Assembly: GCA_045599445.1 (NCBI GenBank)
Contig: JAZRWB010000075.1
Span: 4,697-68,696 of the forward strand
DNA length: 64,000 nt
Source of the DNA: Kiritimatiellia bacterium
GTDB taxonomy: Bacteria > Verrucomicrobiota > Kiritimatiellia > RFP12 > UBA1067
Direction: 5' to 3'
Position numbers and translations under genes: made by a program. How positions within the stretch are numbered: the stretch's first letter is position 1; every line of letters begins with the position of its first letter. Shown here one piece after another: positions 10,549 through 20,027 of this stretch. The notes under the pieces are model-generated. The model searched no databases and was not told the origin of the DNA. It saw only the letters and a list, made by a program, of their open reading frames with translations.

Positions 10549-11819
10549 GCCTGCCCCTCGCGAGACTCCGGCGCGACTTTTCGCTCGGCGTGAAGAACCT
10601 CCTCCTTCACAAGCTGCGGAGCTTCCTCACGATGCTCGGGCTCGTGTTCGGCGTCGGAAGCGTCATCGCCATGCTCGCCATCGGCGAGGGCGCCTCGCGC
10701 GAGGCCCTCGAACGCATCCGCAAGCTCGGCAGTCACAACGTCATGATCCTGTCGAAGAAGCCGCCCGAGCGTCCGAACACGCAGCAGAAGACGGCGTGGC
10801 TGTCGATCTACGGACTGCTGTACGCCGATGCGGACCGCATCGCCCGGACGATTCCGTCCGTCGGCAAGGTCGTCGCGTTCAAGTCGCTCGTCAAACCCGC
10901 GCGCTATCATGAACGCGCCGAGGATCTGCGGGTCATCTGCACGACGCACGAATGGTTCGAACTCGTCAAGCGCGAGGTCATCGCCGGTCGGGTCATGACG
11001 GCCGACGATATCCGCGATTTCGCGTCCGTCGCCGTCCTGACCGAATGGGGCGCGCGCAAGATCCTCGCCAACGAACACGCGCTCGGGGAGACGCTGACGA
11101 TCGACGGCAACACCTACCGCGTCATCGGCATCGTCAAGAGCGAAGACGGCGATACCGAGGCGTCCGACACGCCCGACCGGCGTTCGGACGTCTATATTCC
11201 GCTCGCGTCCGCCCGCCAGCGTTACGGCGACGTCTTCTTCCGCCGCACGAACGGCGCGTTCATCCGCGAGAAGGTCGAGCTCCACGGCATCATCGCTAAC
11301 GTCCGCGAGGAGAAGGACGTCGAGCCGACCGCCAAGGCGATCGAACGCGTGCTCGCGACTTCGCACAAGCAGAAGGACTACGCCATCAACGTGCCGCTGC
11401 AGCTCCTGCGCCAGGCCGAAGCGACGAAGCGGACGTTTTCGATCGTGCTCGGCGCGATCGCCGGCATCTCCCTGCTGGTGGGCGGCATCGGCATCATGAA
11501 CATCATGCTCGCGTCCGTCACGGAGCGGACGCGCGAAATCGGCATCCGCCGGGCCATCGGCGCGCGGCGCGGACAGATCGTCACGCAGTTCCTCATCGAG
11601 GCGCTCGTGCTGTCCGTCTTCGGCGGCGCGGTCGGCATGGCCCTCGGAGTCGCCATACCTTCCGTCGTCACGCTGATCGCCGGCATGCCCACCGTCGTCA
11701 CGCCCTGGAGCCTCGTGCTGTCGTTCGGCATCTCCGTCGGCATCGGCATCGGGTTCGGCATCTATCCCGCGCTCCGCGCCTCCCGGCTCGATCCCATCAT
11801 CGCGCTGCGCTACGAATAG
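10545..11819 (+). CDS. ABC transporter permease, MacB/FtsX type with periplasmic domain
   Basis: Starts 'LHKLRSFLTMLGLVFGVGSVIAM', has a large periplasmic insert, and ends in an FtsX domain ('GGIGIMNIMLASVTERTREIGIRRAIGA', terminal 'P..ALRYE'). Start set at ATG 10545 (ATGA overlap). Confidence 0.88.
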   Translation: MSLPLARLRRDFSLGVKNLLLHKLRSFLTMLGLVFGVGSVIAMLAIGEGASREALERIRKLGSHNVMILSKKPPERPNTQQKTAWLSIYGLLYADADRIARTIPSVGKVVAFKSLVKPARYHERAEDLRVICTTHEWFELVKREVIAGRVMTADDIRDFASVAVLTEWGARKILANEHALGETLTIDGNTYRVIGIVKSEDGDTEASDTPDRRSDVYIPLASARQRYGDVFFRRTNGAFIREKVELHGIIANVREEKDVEPTAKAIERVLATSHKQKDYAINVPLQLLRQAEATKRTFSIVLGAIAGISLLVGGIGIMNIMLASVTERTREIGIRRAIGARRGQIVTQFLIEALVLSVFGGAVGMALGVAIPSVVTLIAGMPTVVTPWSLVLSFGISVGIGIGFGIYPALRASRLDPIIALRYE

Positions 11820-11825
11820 CGGATT

Positions 11826-11834
11826 TGCTATAAT
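11826..11834 (+). promoter_or_regulatory. Extended -10 promoter element TGcTATAAT (purH C-half)
   Basis: Lies in the 40-bp gap after the permease gene, 25 nt upstream of ATG 11860, with an AAGGAG RBS in between. Confidence 0.5.
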
Positions 11835-11859
11835 ATCCCCAAGCACAAAGGAGTCCAAC

Positions 11860-13167
11860 ATGAAAGACCTCAAGGAAGCCTACAAGACGATCGAGGCGGA
11901 CCACTTCGCCCCGAAAATGGAAATCTCGTTCATCGACGGCGCGCAGCGTCAGACGTTCCAGTACGAGAAGGTGACGTGGAACATCGGCGGCGAGGAGAAG
12001 GGTCTCCGCTACGGCGAGAACCCGGGTCAGGAGGCCGCGCTCTACAAGCTCGTGAACGGCAACCTCGTGCTCGGCGACGTCGAGATGCTCCAGGCGGGCC
12101 AGTACCTCGCCTCGATCCCCGAGCTCCTCCAGAGCGGCAAGCATCCGGGCAAGACGAACGTGACGGATACGGACAACGCGCTCAACATCCTCCGGTATCT
12201 CATGGACAAGCCGTGCGCCGTCATCGTCAAGCACAACAACCCCTGCGGTGTCGCGACCGGCTCGACCCTCGCCGAGGCGTACTTCCGCGCGAACAAGGCG
12301 GACCGTCTCGCGGCCTTCGGCGGCGCGATCGCGCTGAACCGCGAGTGCGACCTGGAGACGGCGAAGCTCATCGTCGAGAACTACGCCGAGGTCGTCGTGG
12401 CTCCCGACTTCAAGCCGGGCGTGATGGATCTCTTCGCGACCAAGAAGAACCTCCGCGTCTTCCGCATCCGCAACATGCAGCGTCTCACCGATTTCGTCGC
12501 GAAGCACGTGATCGACTTCAAGTCCCTCATTGACGGCGGCATCGTCGCGCAGACCTCGTTCAGCGCGAACGCCCGCAAGCCCGAGGACTTCATGCCGGCC
12601 TACTGCAACCGCAAGATAAAGGTGAAGGTTGAAGGTGGAGGTGAAGAGATTCGGTGGGAAGAGCATAAGATCAACCGCCTTCCGACCGCGAAGGAATACG
12701 AGGACCTCGTGTTCGGCTGGCTCGTCGAAGCGGGCGTCACCTCGAATTCGGTCCTCTACGTGAAGGACGGCACCACGGTCGGCATCGGCACGGGCGAACA
12801 GGACCGCGTCGGCGTCGCCGAGATCGCGCGAGACAAGGCGTACACGAAGCACGCGGACTGGATCGCCTGGGAGAAGTACCAGAAGCCCTACAACGACCTC
12901 CGCCTCGTCTTCGGCGAAGAGGACGGAGCGAAGAAGCAGGCCGAGATCATGGAGCAGACGAAGTCCGAGAAGGGCGGGCTCCCCGGCTGCGCGATGGTCT
13001 CCGACGCGTTCTTCCCGTTCCGTGACGGACTCGAGGTCGGCCTCCGCGAAGGCATCACCTCGTGCGTCCAGCCCGGCGGTGCGATCCGCGACTGGGACGT
13101 GATCGACTGCGCCAATGACGCGGGCATCGCGATGGTGTTCACGGGTCAGCGCTCGTTCCGCCATTGA
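11860..13167 (+). CDS. purH: AICAR formyltransferase domain of PurH (stand-alone C-terminal half)
   Basis: 'LRYGENPGQEAALY', 'KHNNPCGVA', 'DRLAAFGGAIALN', 'SNSVLYVKDG.TVGIGTGEQDRV', 'SDAFFPFRDG...', 'QPGGAIRD'. There is no MGS/IMP-cyclohydrolase domain at the N-terminus. AAGGAG RBS and a TGcTATAAT promoter lie upstream. Confidence 0.88.
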   Translation: MKDLKEAYKTIEADHFAPKMEISFIDGAQRQTFQYEKVTWNIGGEEKGLRYGENPGQEAALYKLVNGNLVLGDVEMLQAGQYLASIPELLQSGKHPGKTNVTDTDNALNILRYLMDKPCAVIVKHNNPCGVATGSTLAEAYFRANKADRLAAFGGAIALNRECDLETAKLIVENYAEVVVAPDFKPGVMDLFATKKNLRVFRIRNMQRLTDFVAKHVIDFKSLIDGGIVAQTSFSANARKPEDFMPAYCNRKIKVKVEGGGEEIRWEEHKINRLPTAKEYEDLVFGWLVEAGVTSNSVLYVKDGTTVGIGTGEQDRVGVAEIARDKAYTKHADWIAWEKYQKPYNDLRLVFGEEDGAKKQAEIMEQTKSEKGGLPGCAMVSDAFFPFRDGLEVGLREGITSCVQPGGAIRDWDVIDCANDAGIAMVFTGQRSFRH

Positions 13168-14198
13168 TGAAGACGCTCGCGAGAGCGTTCGTGATCCTCG
13201 CGCTGGCCTTCAGCGCGGGGATCTGCGTTTTCTGCGGACGCCGCGGCGTTACGACGGGGATTTACGATCTCCTGAAGGGTGGGAAGCCGTCGCACCTCAC
13301 CGAGCTGGCGTACAAGACCTCGGGACAGGTCCGCATCCTCTGCGATGACGCGCTGTCCGCGCAGGAGTGCCGCGCCGTCGCGCCGCTGAAGGATCCGCCC
13401 GATCCGCAGGAGCTGTTCGAACTCGTCCGTACCCACGGCAAGGGCCTTCTGGGTCCGCGTCAGCGCGCGCTGCTGGAACAGGGCGAGACCAACCGGATCG
13501 CGAGGAGCGCGATGCGCCGCGACTATTCCGGGATCGGACTCTTCCCGAAGGCGGATGATCCGTACTATTTCCTGAACGACTTCGTGATGGAGCTGAAGAC
13601 GCTGCAGCCGAAGCTCGGCGAGGGACAGGTCCTGCTGATCGGCGAACTCGATCCCGAAGCTGATGCCGCGGCGATCTGCCGTCTGCTGGAAATCGCGCGC
13701 GCGAATCCCAAGGTCCATCTCTCCGGCGCGCCGTTCCATACGTATCTGGCGACGGCGGCCTCCAAACGCGAGATCAACCTGTTGGGCGGCGTTTCCCTCG
13801 TAGCCGTCTTCGTTCTCGGATTCCTCCTCTTCCGGAACGTCCGCTTCATTCTTCCGACGGCGCTCACGCTGGGCGCGGGATTCCTCGCCGGATCCGGCGC
13901 GGTGATGCTGCTGTCGCTCGTCTTCGGACGTCCCCACGCGCTGACGTTCCTGTTCGGGACGACGCTGATCGGACTCGGCGTGGACTATTGCTACCACGGA
14001 CTCGCCGCCTCGGCCGATGCGGCGGCGCGTCCCGTGTTCATCCGTAATCTCACCAGCGCGCTCGCGACGACCTGTCTCGCGTTCGTGCCGCTGCTCTTCT
14101 CGTCCCTCTCCATCCTCTGGCAGATGGCCGCGTTCATCATCGCGGGACTCGTCGCCGTGTATCTGATCGTCATCCTATGGTTCGGAAAATCCAGATAA
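13167..14198 (+). CDS. RND/MMPL-like predicted exporter, first half (1 TM + periplasmic domain + 5 TM)
   Basis: Topology by eye: N-terminal anchor, a soluble segment of about 170 aa, then a hydrophobic block ('LLGGVSLVAVFVLGFLLF...GLGVDYCYH'). It resembles the COG4258-type exporters of lipid/aryl-polyene loci. ATG 13167 overlaps the purH stop by 1 nt. Confidence 0.55.
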   Translation: MKTLARAFVILALAFSAGICVFCGRRGVTTGIYDLLKGGKPSHLTELAYKTSGQVRILCDDALSAQECRAVAPLKDPPDPQELFELVRTHGKGLLGPRQRALLEQGETNRIARSAMRRDYSGIGLFPKADDPYYFLNDFVMELKTLQPKLGEGQVLLIGELDPEADAAAICRLLEIARANPKVHLSGAPFHTYLATAASKREINLLGGVSLVAVFVLGFLLFRNVRFILPTALTLGAGFLAGSGAVMLLSLVFGRPHALTFLFGTTLIGLGVDYCYHGLAASADAAARPVFIRNLTSALATTCLAFVPLLFSSLSILWQMAAFIIAGLVAVYLIVILWFGKSR

Positions 14199-15910
14199 TC
14201 GCCTTCGTCCTGGCGTGTGCGGGTCTTTTCCGGATTCAGTTCGGAAACGACATCTCGCGTTTCCATCGGATGGATCCGCTCCTGGCCGACGGGGAGAAGG
14301 CGGTCGCCGCGGCGTTTGGCGAAAACGGCACGCGTTTCGCGGTCGTCGATCTCCGGCGGTGGCAGGAGGAGAACGCCGCGCTCAAGGCGAAGATGGGCGT
14401 CGAGATTCCCGGAGAGTTTCTGGAGGCGTCCGATCTGCCGGACGCGATGACACTGCACCTTCCCTGGTACGACGCGGTGATCCTGCCGGCCGCGTTCGGC
14501 ACGGATCCGATCGATCTCCGGCAGGAGTTGACGGACCTCTTCGACCGCTACGCGAAGGAGTCGTATCGATTGCTTGCCGAGTCGTTCGCCGTTCTTCTCG
14601 TGCTGCTGGTCCTGATCTTCCGCAAGCGGTTCTTCTCGTTTGTCGCGCCGATCGCCGCGGCGGTCCTGGCGACGGCCGGAATGCTCGGATGGATCGGCGA
14701 GCCGGTTAATTTCTTCCAGCTCCTTTGCTTCTTCGTCCTCGTTGGGCTCGGCATCGATTACACGATCTTCCACAAATCCGTCCGCCGTTCCGACACCTCC
14801 CGCGTCGTGCTCTTCAGCTTCCTGACGTCACTAGTCGGATTCGGCATGCTGGCCTTCACCAGCTTCCAGGTCACGCGTTCAATGGGCACCACCCTTGGCT
14901 TTGGGTTGCTATTTGCATATTTATTCTCACTTTCTCCTGAAAAACCGCAAGTCGATCGGGGCCTGTCCCCAAAAGGTTGGGCGGAACAGAAAGAGCAGTC
15001 CGCCGGAAAAATACGAATCTATCTTTTGTGGCTGATCTACCGCTATCTCGGTAAATCAGTCGCCAAAATCGTCACTTTTTTTGTTGTTCTTTTCGTTTAT
15101 CCTTTTGCCGCGGCGGGACGTGACGCGCTTCGCGCTAACCTGGAAAAGCTGGGGACAGGACCCAATAAGAGTAAAGGAAAAACGAGCATATTCCGCATTT
15201 TTCTCAACTTTGCGTGGTCGCTGCTGGATAAGCTGGATGCTTGTACGCTGAAGAAGAATCTGCCGAAGATGTCCGTTTCGGGTGATACGGACTGGATGCA
15301 GGGCGGCTGTTTTCTCCTGTCGACGCATATCGGCTGCATTGAAGTTCTTCCGGCCTTGCGGATGCAGAAGCAAATGATTTCCACCGCCACCTCGACCTCG
15401 ATCTCCACCTCGACCTCTATCTCCCCTAAGGTCCACGCCTTCCAGCAGATGGGACATGACGCGTTGTATACGGAACTCTTCACGCGTCATTTGGATCCGG
15501 AGCAGCTGACCTTGCATGCGGTGGAGGACATCGGGGTGGAGACGGCGGTGGAGATGAAGGAGGCGGTCGAGCGCGGCGAAATCGTGCTGATGGCGGGGGA
15601 CAGGCTTTCGGCACAGACGCCGAAAGCAGATAATAGGTTACAGGGAATAGAGAATAGGTCGCGGGAGTTCGTGCGTCCGCTCTTCGGACGCGACTGCCGG
15701 TGGCCGAAGGGCGTGTTCCGTTTCGCGAAGCTGATGGAGTGTCCGGTCTATGCGATCACCTGCGTCAGGACCGGGTGGAACGCGTACGAGGCGCGCGCGA
15801 AGCTTCTGGGCGGCGATCTGCTGGACGACTACATCGCCTTTTTGGAATCGGAGGTCCGTCGTCACCCTGAACAATGGTATCAATTTTACCGGTTTTTTGA
15901 TATACTATAA
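14177..15910 (+). CDS. Fusion protein: exporter second half + LpxL/LPLAT-family acyltransferase
   Basis: The N-terminal ~260 aa repeat the 1 TM + loop + 5 TM plan ('GLGIDYTIFH'). The C-terminal ~300 aa carry the acyltransferase H(x)4E box 'STHIGCIEV' and 'LMAGDR', and end 'HPEQWYQFYRFF' as in lipid A late acyltransferases. It overlaps the previous ORF by 22 nt in another frame. Confidence 0.6.
   Translation: MVRKIQIIAFVLACAGLFRIQFGNDISRFHRMDPLLADGEKAVAAAFGENGTRFAVVDLRRWQEENAALKAKMGVEIPGEFLEASDLPDAMTLHLPWYDAVILPAAFGTDPIDLRQELTDLFDRYAKESYRLLAESFAVLLVLLVLIFRKRFFSFVAPIAAAVLATAGMLGWIGEPVNFFQLLCFFVLVGLGIDYTIFHKSVRRSDTSRVVLFSFLTSLVGFGMLAFTSFQVTRSMGTTLGFGLLFAYLFSLSPEKPQVDRGLSPKGWAEQKEQSAGKIRIYLLWLIYRYLGKSVAKIVTFFVVLFVYPFAAAGRDALRANLEKLGTGPNKSKGKTSIFRIFLNFAWSLLDKLDACTLKKNLPKMSVSGDTDWMQGGCFLLSTHIGCIEVLPALRMQKQMISTATSTSISTSTSISPKVHAFQQMGHDALYTELFTRHLDPEQLTLHAVEDIGVETAVEMKEAVERGEIVLMAGDRLSAQTPKADNRLQGIENRSREFVRPLFGRDCRWPKGVFRFAKLMECPVYAITCVRTGWNAYEARAKLLGGDLLDDYIAFLESEVRRHPEQWYQFYRFFDIL
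15389..15424 (+). repeat. 18-bp in-frame tandem duplication (ACCTCGACCTC[G/T]ATCTCC x2)
   Basis: Encodes TSTSIS-TSTSIS inside the acyltransferase part of 14177..15910. There is one mismatch between the copies. Confidence 0.9.
15898..15906 (+). promoter_or_regulatory. Extended -10-like element TGaTATACT (hisI)
   Basis: Overlaps the last codons of the upstream gene, 30 nt before ATG 15937. Confidence 0.35.
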
Positions 15911-15936
15911 GCTCACATTTCAACATAGGATGGAAC

Positions 15937-16383
15937 ATGGGACAACTGGAAGAATCATCGGAACTGACGCTTGATTTCACCAAGCTGGAGAAGGTCGGCA
16001 AACAGGTTTCCGCGACCCGCGAATCGGGTGCGGCGAATTGCGATCCCGGAGTGATTCCGGTCGCGGTGCAGAACGCGGACACGAAGGAAGTGATCCTCGT
16101 CGCGTACACGAACGAGTTCGCGATGAAGGAGTCGTTCGCGAAGAGGAAGCTCATCCTCTGGTCCACGAGCCGCAACAAGCTCTGGTTCAAGGGCGAGACT
16201 TCGGGCGAGATGTTCGATCTGCTCGAGGCGTACGTCAACTGCGAGCAGAATTCGCTTCTCTACATCGTGCGTCCCTGCCGCGGCGGCATCTGCCACACGA
16301 AGAACCAGGCGGGCGCTCCGCGCAACTGCTATTACCGCAAGATCGACTTCGAGACGCTCAAGCTCACGTTCGTCGATCCGTAA
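15937..16383 (+). CDS. hisI: Phosphoribosyl-AMP cyclohydrolase
   Basis: 'IPVAVQNADTKEVILVAYTNEFA ... LWSTSRNKLWFKGETSGEMFDL ... NCEQNSLLYIV ... GICHT' matches the HisI core (W.KGETSG, C..D/E..L, CH). Confidence 0.85.
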   Translation: MGQLEESSELTLDFTKLEKVGKQVSATRESGAANCDPGVIPVAVQNADTKEVILVAYTNEFAMKESFAKRKLILWSTSRNKLWFKGETSGEMFDLLEAYVNCEQNSLLYIVRPCRGGICHTKNQAGAPRNCYYRKIDFETLKLTFVDP

Positions 16384-16428
16384 AGGCGGACAGCGGATTT
16401 TCAGATCTTAACAGTAAAGGAATAAAAA

Positions 16429-16647
16429 ATGGATGTAATACTTCAGGGTCTGGTGCTGATGGGTTTCGGCATGGGCTTCGTTTTCGCGTTTCTCGCGCTC
16501 CTGATCGTCGTCACGAAGGTTTCGATGAAGGGCGTCGCGAAGTTCGATTCGATCATACCCCAGGAGGCGCCGAAGAAGAAGCCGGCGGCGAAGGCGGCGA
16601 ATGACGATGCGGACATCGCGCTCGCGTTCGCGGTGGCGCTCGGGTAA
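16429..16647 (+). CDS. oadG: Oxaloacetate decarboxylase gamma subunit (OadG-like)
   Basis: A 72-aa single-TM peptide ('GLVLMGFGMGFVFAFLALLIVV') with a Lys/Ala/Pro-rich tail, immediately upstream of oadA/oadB. Confidence 0.75.
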   Translation: MDVILQGLVLMGFGMGFVFAFLALLIVVTKVSMKGVAKFDSIIPQEAPKKKPAAKAANDDADIALAFAVALG

Positions 16648-16677
16648 TCAATTTAAAATTCATAAGGGAAAATAAAA

Positions 16678-18501
16678 ATGGCCAAGAAAAACGTCAAGTT
16701 CATGCTCACTGCGTTCCGTGACGGGTTCCAGTCCGTCGTCGGTGCGCGCGTTCTCTCCAAGGACTTCCTCCCCTGCGTCGAAGAGGCGTATGCGGCGGGT
16801 GTCCGCTGGTTCGAAGCGGGTGGCGGCGCGCGTTTCCAGAGCTGCTACTTCTACTGCCAGGAAGACGCGTTCGACGTGATGGACAAGTTCCGCAAGGCCG
16901 CTCCCGAAGCGGACCTTCAGACGCTTTCGCGCGGCGTGAACGTCGTCGGTCTCGAGTCGCAGAGCTCCGATATGATCAAGCTTCACGCGCAGATGTTCAA
17001 GAAGCACGGCATGAGCTCGATCCGCAACTTCGACGCGCTCAACGACGTCAACAACCTCAAGTGGTCCGGCCAGTGCATCCACGACGCGGGCCTCAAGCAC
17101 GAGGTGGTCGTGACGATGATGGGCCTGCCGCCCGGGATCGACAACAAGGGGACGCACACGCCGGAGTTCTACCGCGACACCCTGAAGAAGATCATGGACG
17201 CGGGGATTCCCTTCGACCGCGTGGCGTTCAAGGACGCGTCCGGCACTTCGACGCCGACCACCGTCTACAACACGATGAAGCTCTGCCGTCAGCTCCTCGG
17301 CAAGGACGTGCACATCCAGTTCCACTCGCATGAGCCGGCCGGCAACGGCGTCGCGTGCTATCTCGCGGCGCTCAAGGGCGGCGCGGACGGTCTGGACCTC
17401 TCGATGGCCCCGATGTCCGGCGGTACCTGCCAGCCCGATATCATCACGATGTGGCACTGCCTCGACGGCGATCCCGACTTCGGCTTCGACTTCGACATCA
17501 ACAAGATCAAGAAGGCCGAGGACTCCTTCAAGAACGCGATGAAGAAGTACTTCCTCCCGCCGGAAGCCATGAACGTCAATCCGCAGATCGTCTGGTCGCC
17601 GATGCCCGGCGGTGCGCTCACCGCGAACACCCAGATGCTTCGCGACAACAACATGATGGACAAGTACGACGACATGATCGCCGAAATGTACGACTGCGTG
17701 CGGCTCGGCGGTTTCGGTACATCCGTTACCCCGGTTTCGCAGTTCTACGCCCAGCAGGCGATTCAGAACGTCATGTTCGGCAAGTTCAAGAAGTTCGCGC
17801 CGGGCTACGCGAAGATGGTTCTTGGATACTTCGGCAAGACTCCCGTTCCGCCGGATCCGGAAATCGTCAAGAAGGCGAGCGAGTTCATGGCGTCGAGCGA
17901 TCTCAATAAGGCGTATTCGACTCCCACGACCAAGACCGTGCTCGAGATGAACGACGCCGATCCCAAGAAGGGCGGCAAGGTCGCGAAGAAGATGCTCGAG
18001 GACGCGGGGCTTCCGATTACCGACGAGAATATCTTCATCGCCGCGAGCTGCAAGGAGAAGGGCATTCTCTTCCTCAAGGATCCTTCCAAGGCGCCGATGG
18101 GCTGCCGTTTCGCGGAGGATGCACCCAAGGTCGGCGGATCGAAGGACGGCGTTACCGTCACGATCGGCGGCAAGGCCTACGGCGTCAAGATCACCGGCGA
18201 GGGCAAGGCGCTCGTCAACGGCAAGGAAGTCGCGTTCAAGTCCGAAGCCGGCCTGAAGGCCGCTCCGGCGGCGGCCGCCGCGCCTGCCGGCGGACAGGAA
18301 GTCAAGGCGCCGGTGCCGGGTACGGTTCTGCGCGTTACCGCCTCGAACGGTCAGAAAGTCGCCAAGGGCGACGAGATTCTCGTCATGGACGTCATGAAGA
18401 TGGAGACTCCGGTCGCCGCGCCTTGCGACGGCACGGTTACCGTCACAGTCAACGCGACCGACAAGGTCGCGACTGGCGATACGCTCGCGGTCATCGCGTA
18501 A
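16678..18501 (+). CDS. oadA: Oxaloacetate decarboxylase alpha subunit (carboxyltransferase + biotin carrier)
   Basis: 'LTAFRDGFQS' carboxyltransferase TIM-barrel start, 'HSHE.AGNGVA', an Ala/Pro linker, and a C-terminal biotinyl domain with 'VMDVMKMETPV' (MKM biotinyl-lysine). Confidence 0.9.
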   Translation: MAKKNVKFMLTAFRDGFQSVVGARVLSKDFLPCVEEAYAAGVRWFEAGGGARFQSCYFYCQEDAFDVMDKFRKAAPEADLQTLSRGVNVVGLESQSSDMIKLHAQMFKKHGMSSIRNFDALNDVNNLKWSGQCIHDAGLKHEVVVTMMGLPPGIDNKGTHTPEFYRDTLKKIMDAGIPFDRVAFKDASGTSTPTTVYNTMKLCRQLLGKDVHIQFHSHEPAGNGVACYLAALKGGADGLDLSMAPMSGGTCQPDIITMWHCLDGDPDFGFDFDINKIKKAEDSFKNAMKKYFLPPEAMNVNPQIVWSPMPGGALTANTQMLRDNNMMDKYDDMIAEMYDCVRLGGFGTSVTPVSQFYAQQAIQNVMFGKFKKFAPGYAKMVLGYFGKTPVPPDPEIVKKASEFMASSDLNKAYSTPTTKTVLEMNDADPKKGGKVAKKMLEDAGLPITDENIFIAASCKEKGILFLKDPSKAPMGCRFAEDAPKVGGSKDGVTVTIGGKAYGVKITGEGKALVNGKEVAFKSEAGLKAAPAAAAAPAGGQEVKAPVPGTVLRVTASNGQKVAKGDEILVMDVMKMETPVAAPCDGTVTVTVNATDKVATGDTLAVIA

Positions 18502-18516
18502 ACGAGGTTGACGAAG

Positions 18517-20025
18517 ATGAAAAAACTTCTGATGGCAATTGTTCTCGTGGCGGGCGTGGCAACGTCCTTCGCGAGCGACTGCGGCGAAAAGGCGCCGTGG
18601 AAAACGACGTTCGACAAGGCGGCGGGTCTCCGTAACGACACGGGAATCGCGGGCTTTATGGCGAAGAGCGCGCCCGCCTATTTGACCGGCGAGTTCGACG
18701 AGGCGGATCGTCCGGCGAAGAAACCCTTCGCGGCCAACCGCAACGGATATTACGACGGCAAGGGCGAGTGGCACGGCGGCTACTTCGACGACGTCGGTAA
18801 CTTCGTCGCCGGTCACGAGGTCAAGGTTTTGGGCGGGCTTCCCTACGGCATCGGCCAGCTCATCATGATTCCGATTTGCCTCGTCCTTCTGTATCTCGCG
18901 ATTGTGAAGGGCTTCGAGCCGCTACTGCTCTTGCCGATCGGTTTCGGCGGACTTTTGGCGAACTGCCCGCTCGCCGGCGTTACCGCGCCCGCGATGATGC
19001 ACGACGGAGTCATTACCTTCCTCGCGAGCGGAGTTCCGGTAATGACGGGCGGAATCGTCGAACCCGGCGGCTTCCTCCACTACTTCTTCAAGTTCGGCAT
19101 CGATACGGGAGTATTCCCGATCATGATTTTCATGGGCGTCGGCGCGATGACCGACTTCGGTCCCTTGATCGCGAACCCGAAGAGCGCGCTTTTGGGCGCG
19201 GCCGCGCAGTTCGGCATCTTCTTCGCGCTTTTCGGCGCGCTCGGACTCGCCGCGATCTTCGGCAACGACTTCTTCGGTTGCAATCCGATTTCGGCGGCGG
19301 CCTCGATCGGCATCATCGGCGGCGCGGACGGCCCGACGGCGATTTGGCTCACTTCGCGTCTCGCCCCGAATCTCTTGGGCGCGATTGCGGTCGCGGCGTA
19401 TAGCTATATGGCGCTCGTGCCGATCATCCAGCCGCCGATTATGAAGGCGCTCACTACCGCGTCCGAGCGTGCGATCAAGATGCCGCAGCTTCGCGAGGTC
19501 AAGAAGATCGAGAAGATCTGCTTCCCGCTGATCGTGCTTCTTCTTTGCGCGATTCTCCTGCCGTCGGCGGTGCCGCTCATCGGCGCGTTGATGCTCGGCA
19601 ATCTCGCGAAGGAAGTCGGGCCTTCGGTTTCGCGCATCGCCGATACGATGTCGAACGCGCTCATCAACATCGTCACCATCATGCTCGGCCTTTCGGTCGG
19701 CTCGAAGCTCGCTTGCGAGAAGTTCCTTTCGGGAACGACGCTCGCGATTCTGGCGCTTGGGCTTTGCGCGTTCTGCGTGGGCACGGCGGGCGGCGTTTTG
19801 ATGGCGAAGCTCATGAACGTCTTCTCGTCGAAGGACAACAAGGTGAATCCGCTCATCGGCTCGGCCGGCGTTTCGGCGGTGCCGATGGCGGCGCGCGTCT
19901 CCAACAAGGTTTCGCTTTCCGAGAATCCGACGAACTTCATTCTCATGCAGGCGATGGGTCCGAACGTCTCGGGCGTCATCGGTTCGGCGGTCGTCGCCGG
20001 CATCCTCTACACGCTTTGCCGCTGA
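18517..20025 (+). CDS. oadB: Na+-translocating decarboxylase beta subunit (OadB) with N-terminal extension
   Basis: '[19 protein letters not shown]', '[18 protein letters not shown]', '[13 protein letters not shown]', '[17 protein letters not shown]', '[19 protein letters not shown]'. I preferred ATG 18517 (GAGG about 10 nt upstream) to the TTG at 18508. An internal start that removes the ~90-aa extension cannot be excluded. Confidence 0.85.
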   Translation: MKKLLMAIVLVAGVATSFASDCGEKAPWKTTFDKAAGLRNDTGIAGFMAKSAPAYLTGEFDEADRPAKKPFAANRNGYYDGKGEWHGGYFDDVGNFVAGHEVKVLGGLPYGIGQLIMIPICLVLLYLAIVKGFEPLLLLPIGFGGLLANCPLAGVTAPAMMHDGVITFLASGVPVMTGGIVEPGGFLHYFFKFGIDTGVFPIMIFMGVGAMTDFGPLIANPKSALLGAAAQFGIFFALFGALGLAAIFGNDFFGCNPISAAASIGIIGGADGPTAIWLTSRLAPNLLGAIAVAAYSYMALVPIIQPPIMKALTTASERAIKMPQLREVKKIEKICFPLIVLLLCAILLPSAVPLIGALMLGNLAKEVGPSVSRIADTMSNALINIVTIMLGLSVGSKLACEKFLSGTTLAILALGLCAFCVGTAGGVLMAKLMNVFSSKDNKVNPLIGSAGVSAVPMAARVSNKVSLSENPTNFILMQAMGPNVSGVIGSAVVAGILYTLCR

Positions 20026-20027
20026 AG

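Noticed and set aside
16660-18816. 718-aa minus-strand ORF antisense to oadA
   Set aside because: The + strand product has carboxyltransferase and biotinyl (MKM) motifs. The minus product is Arg/Val/Leu-rich and has no features.
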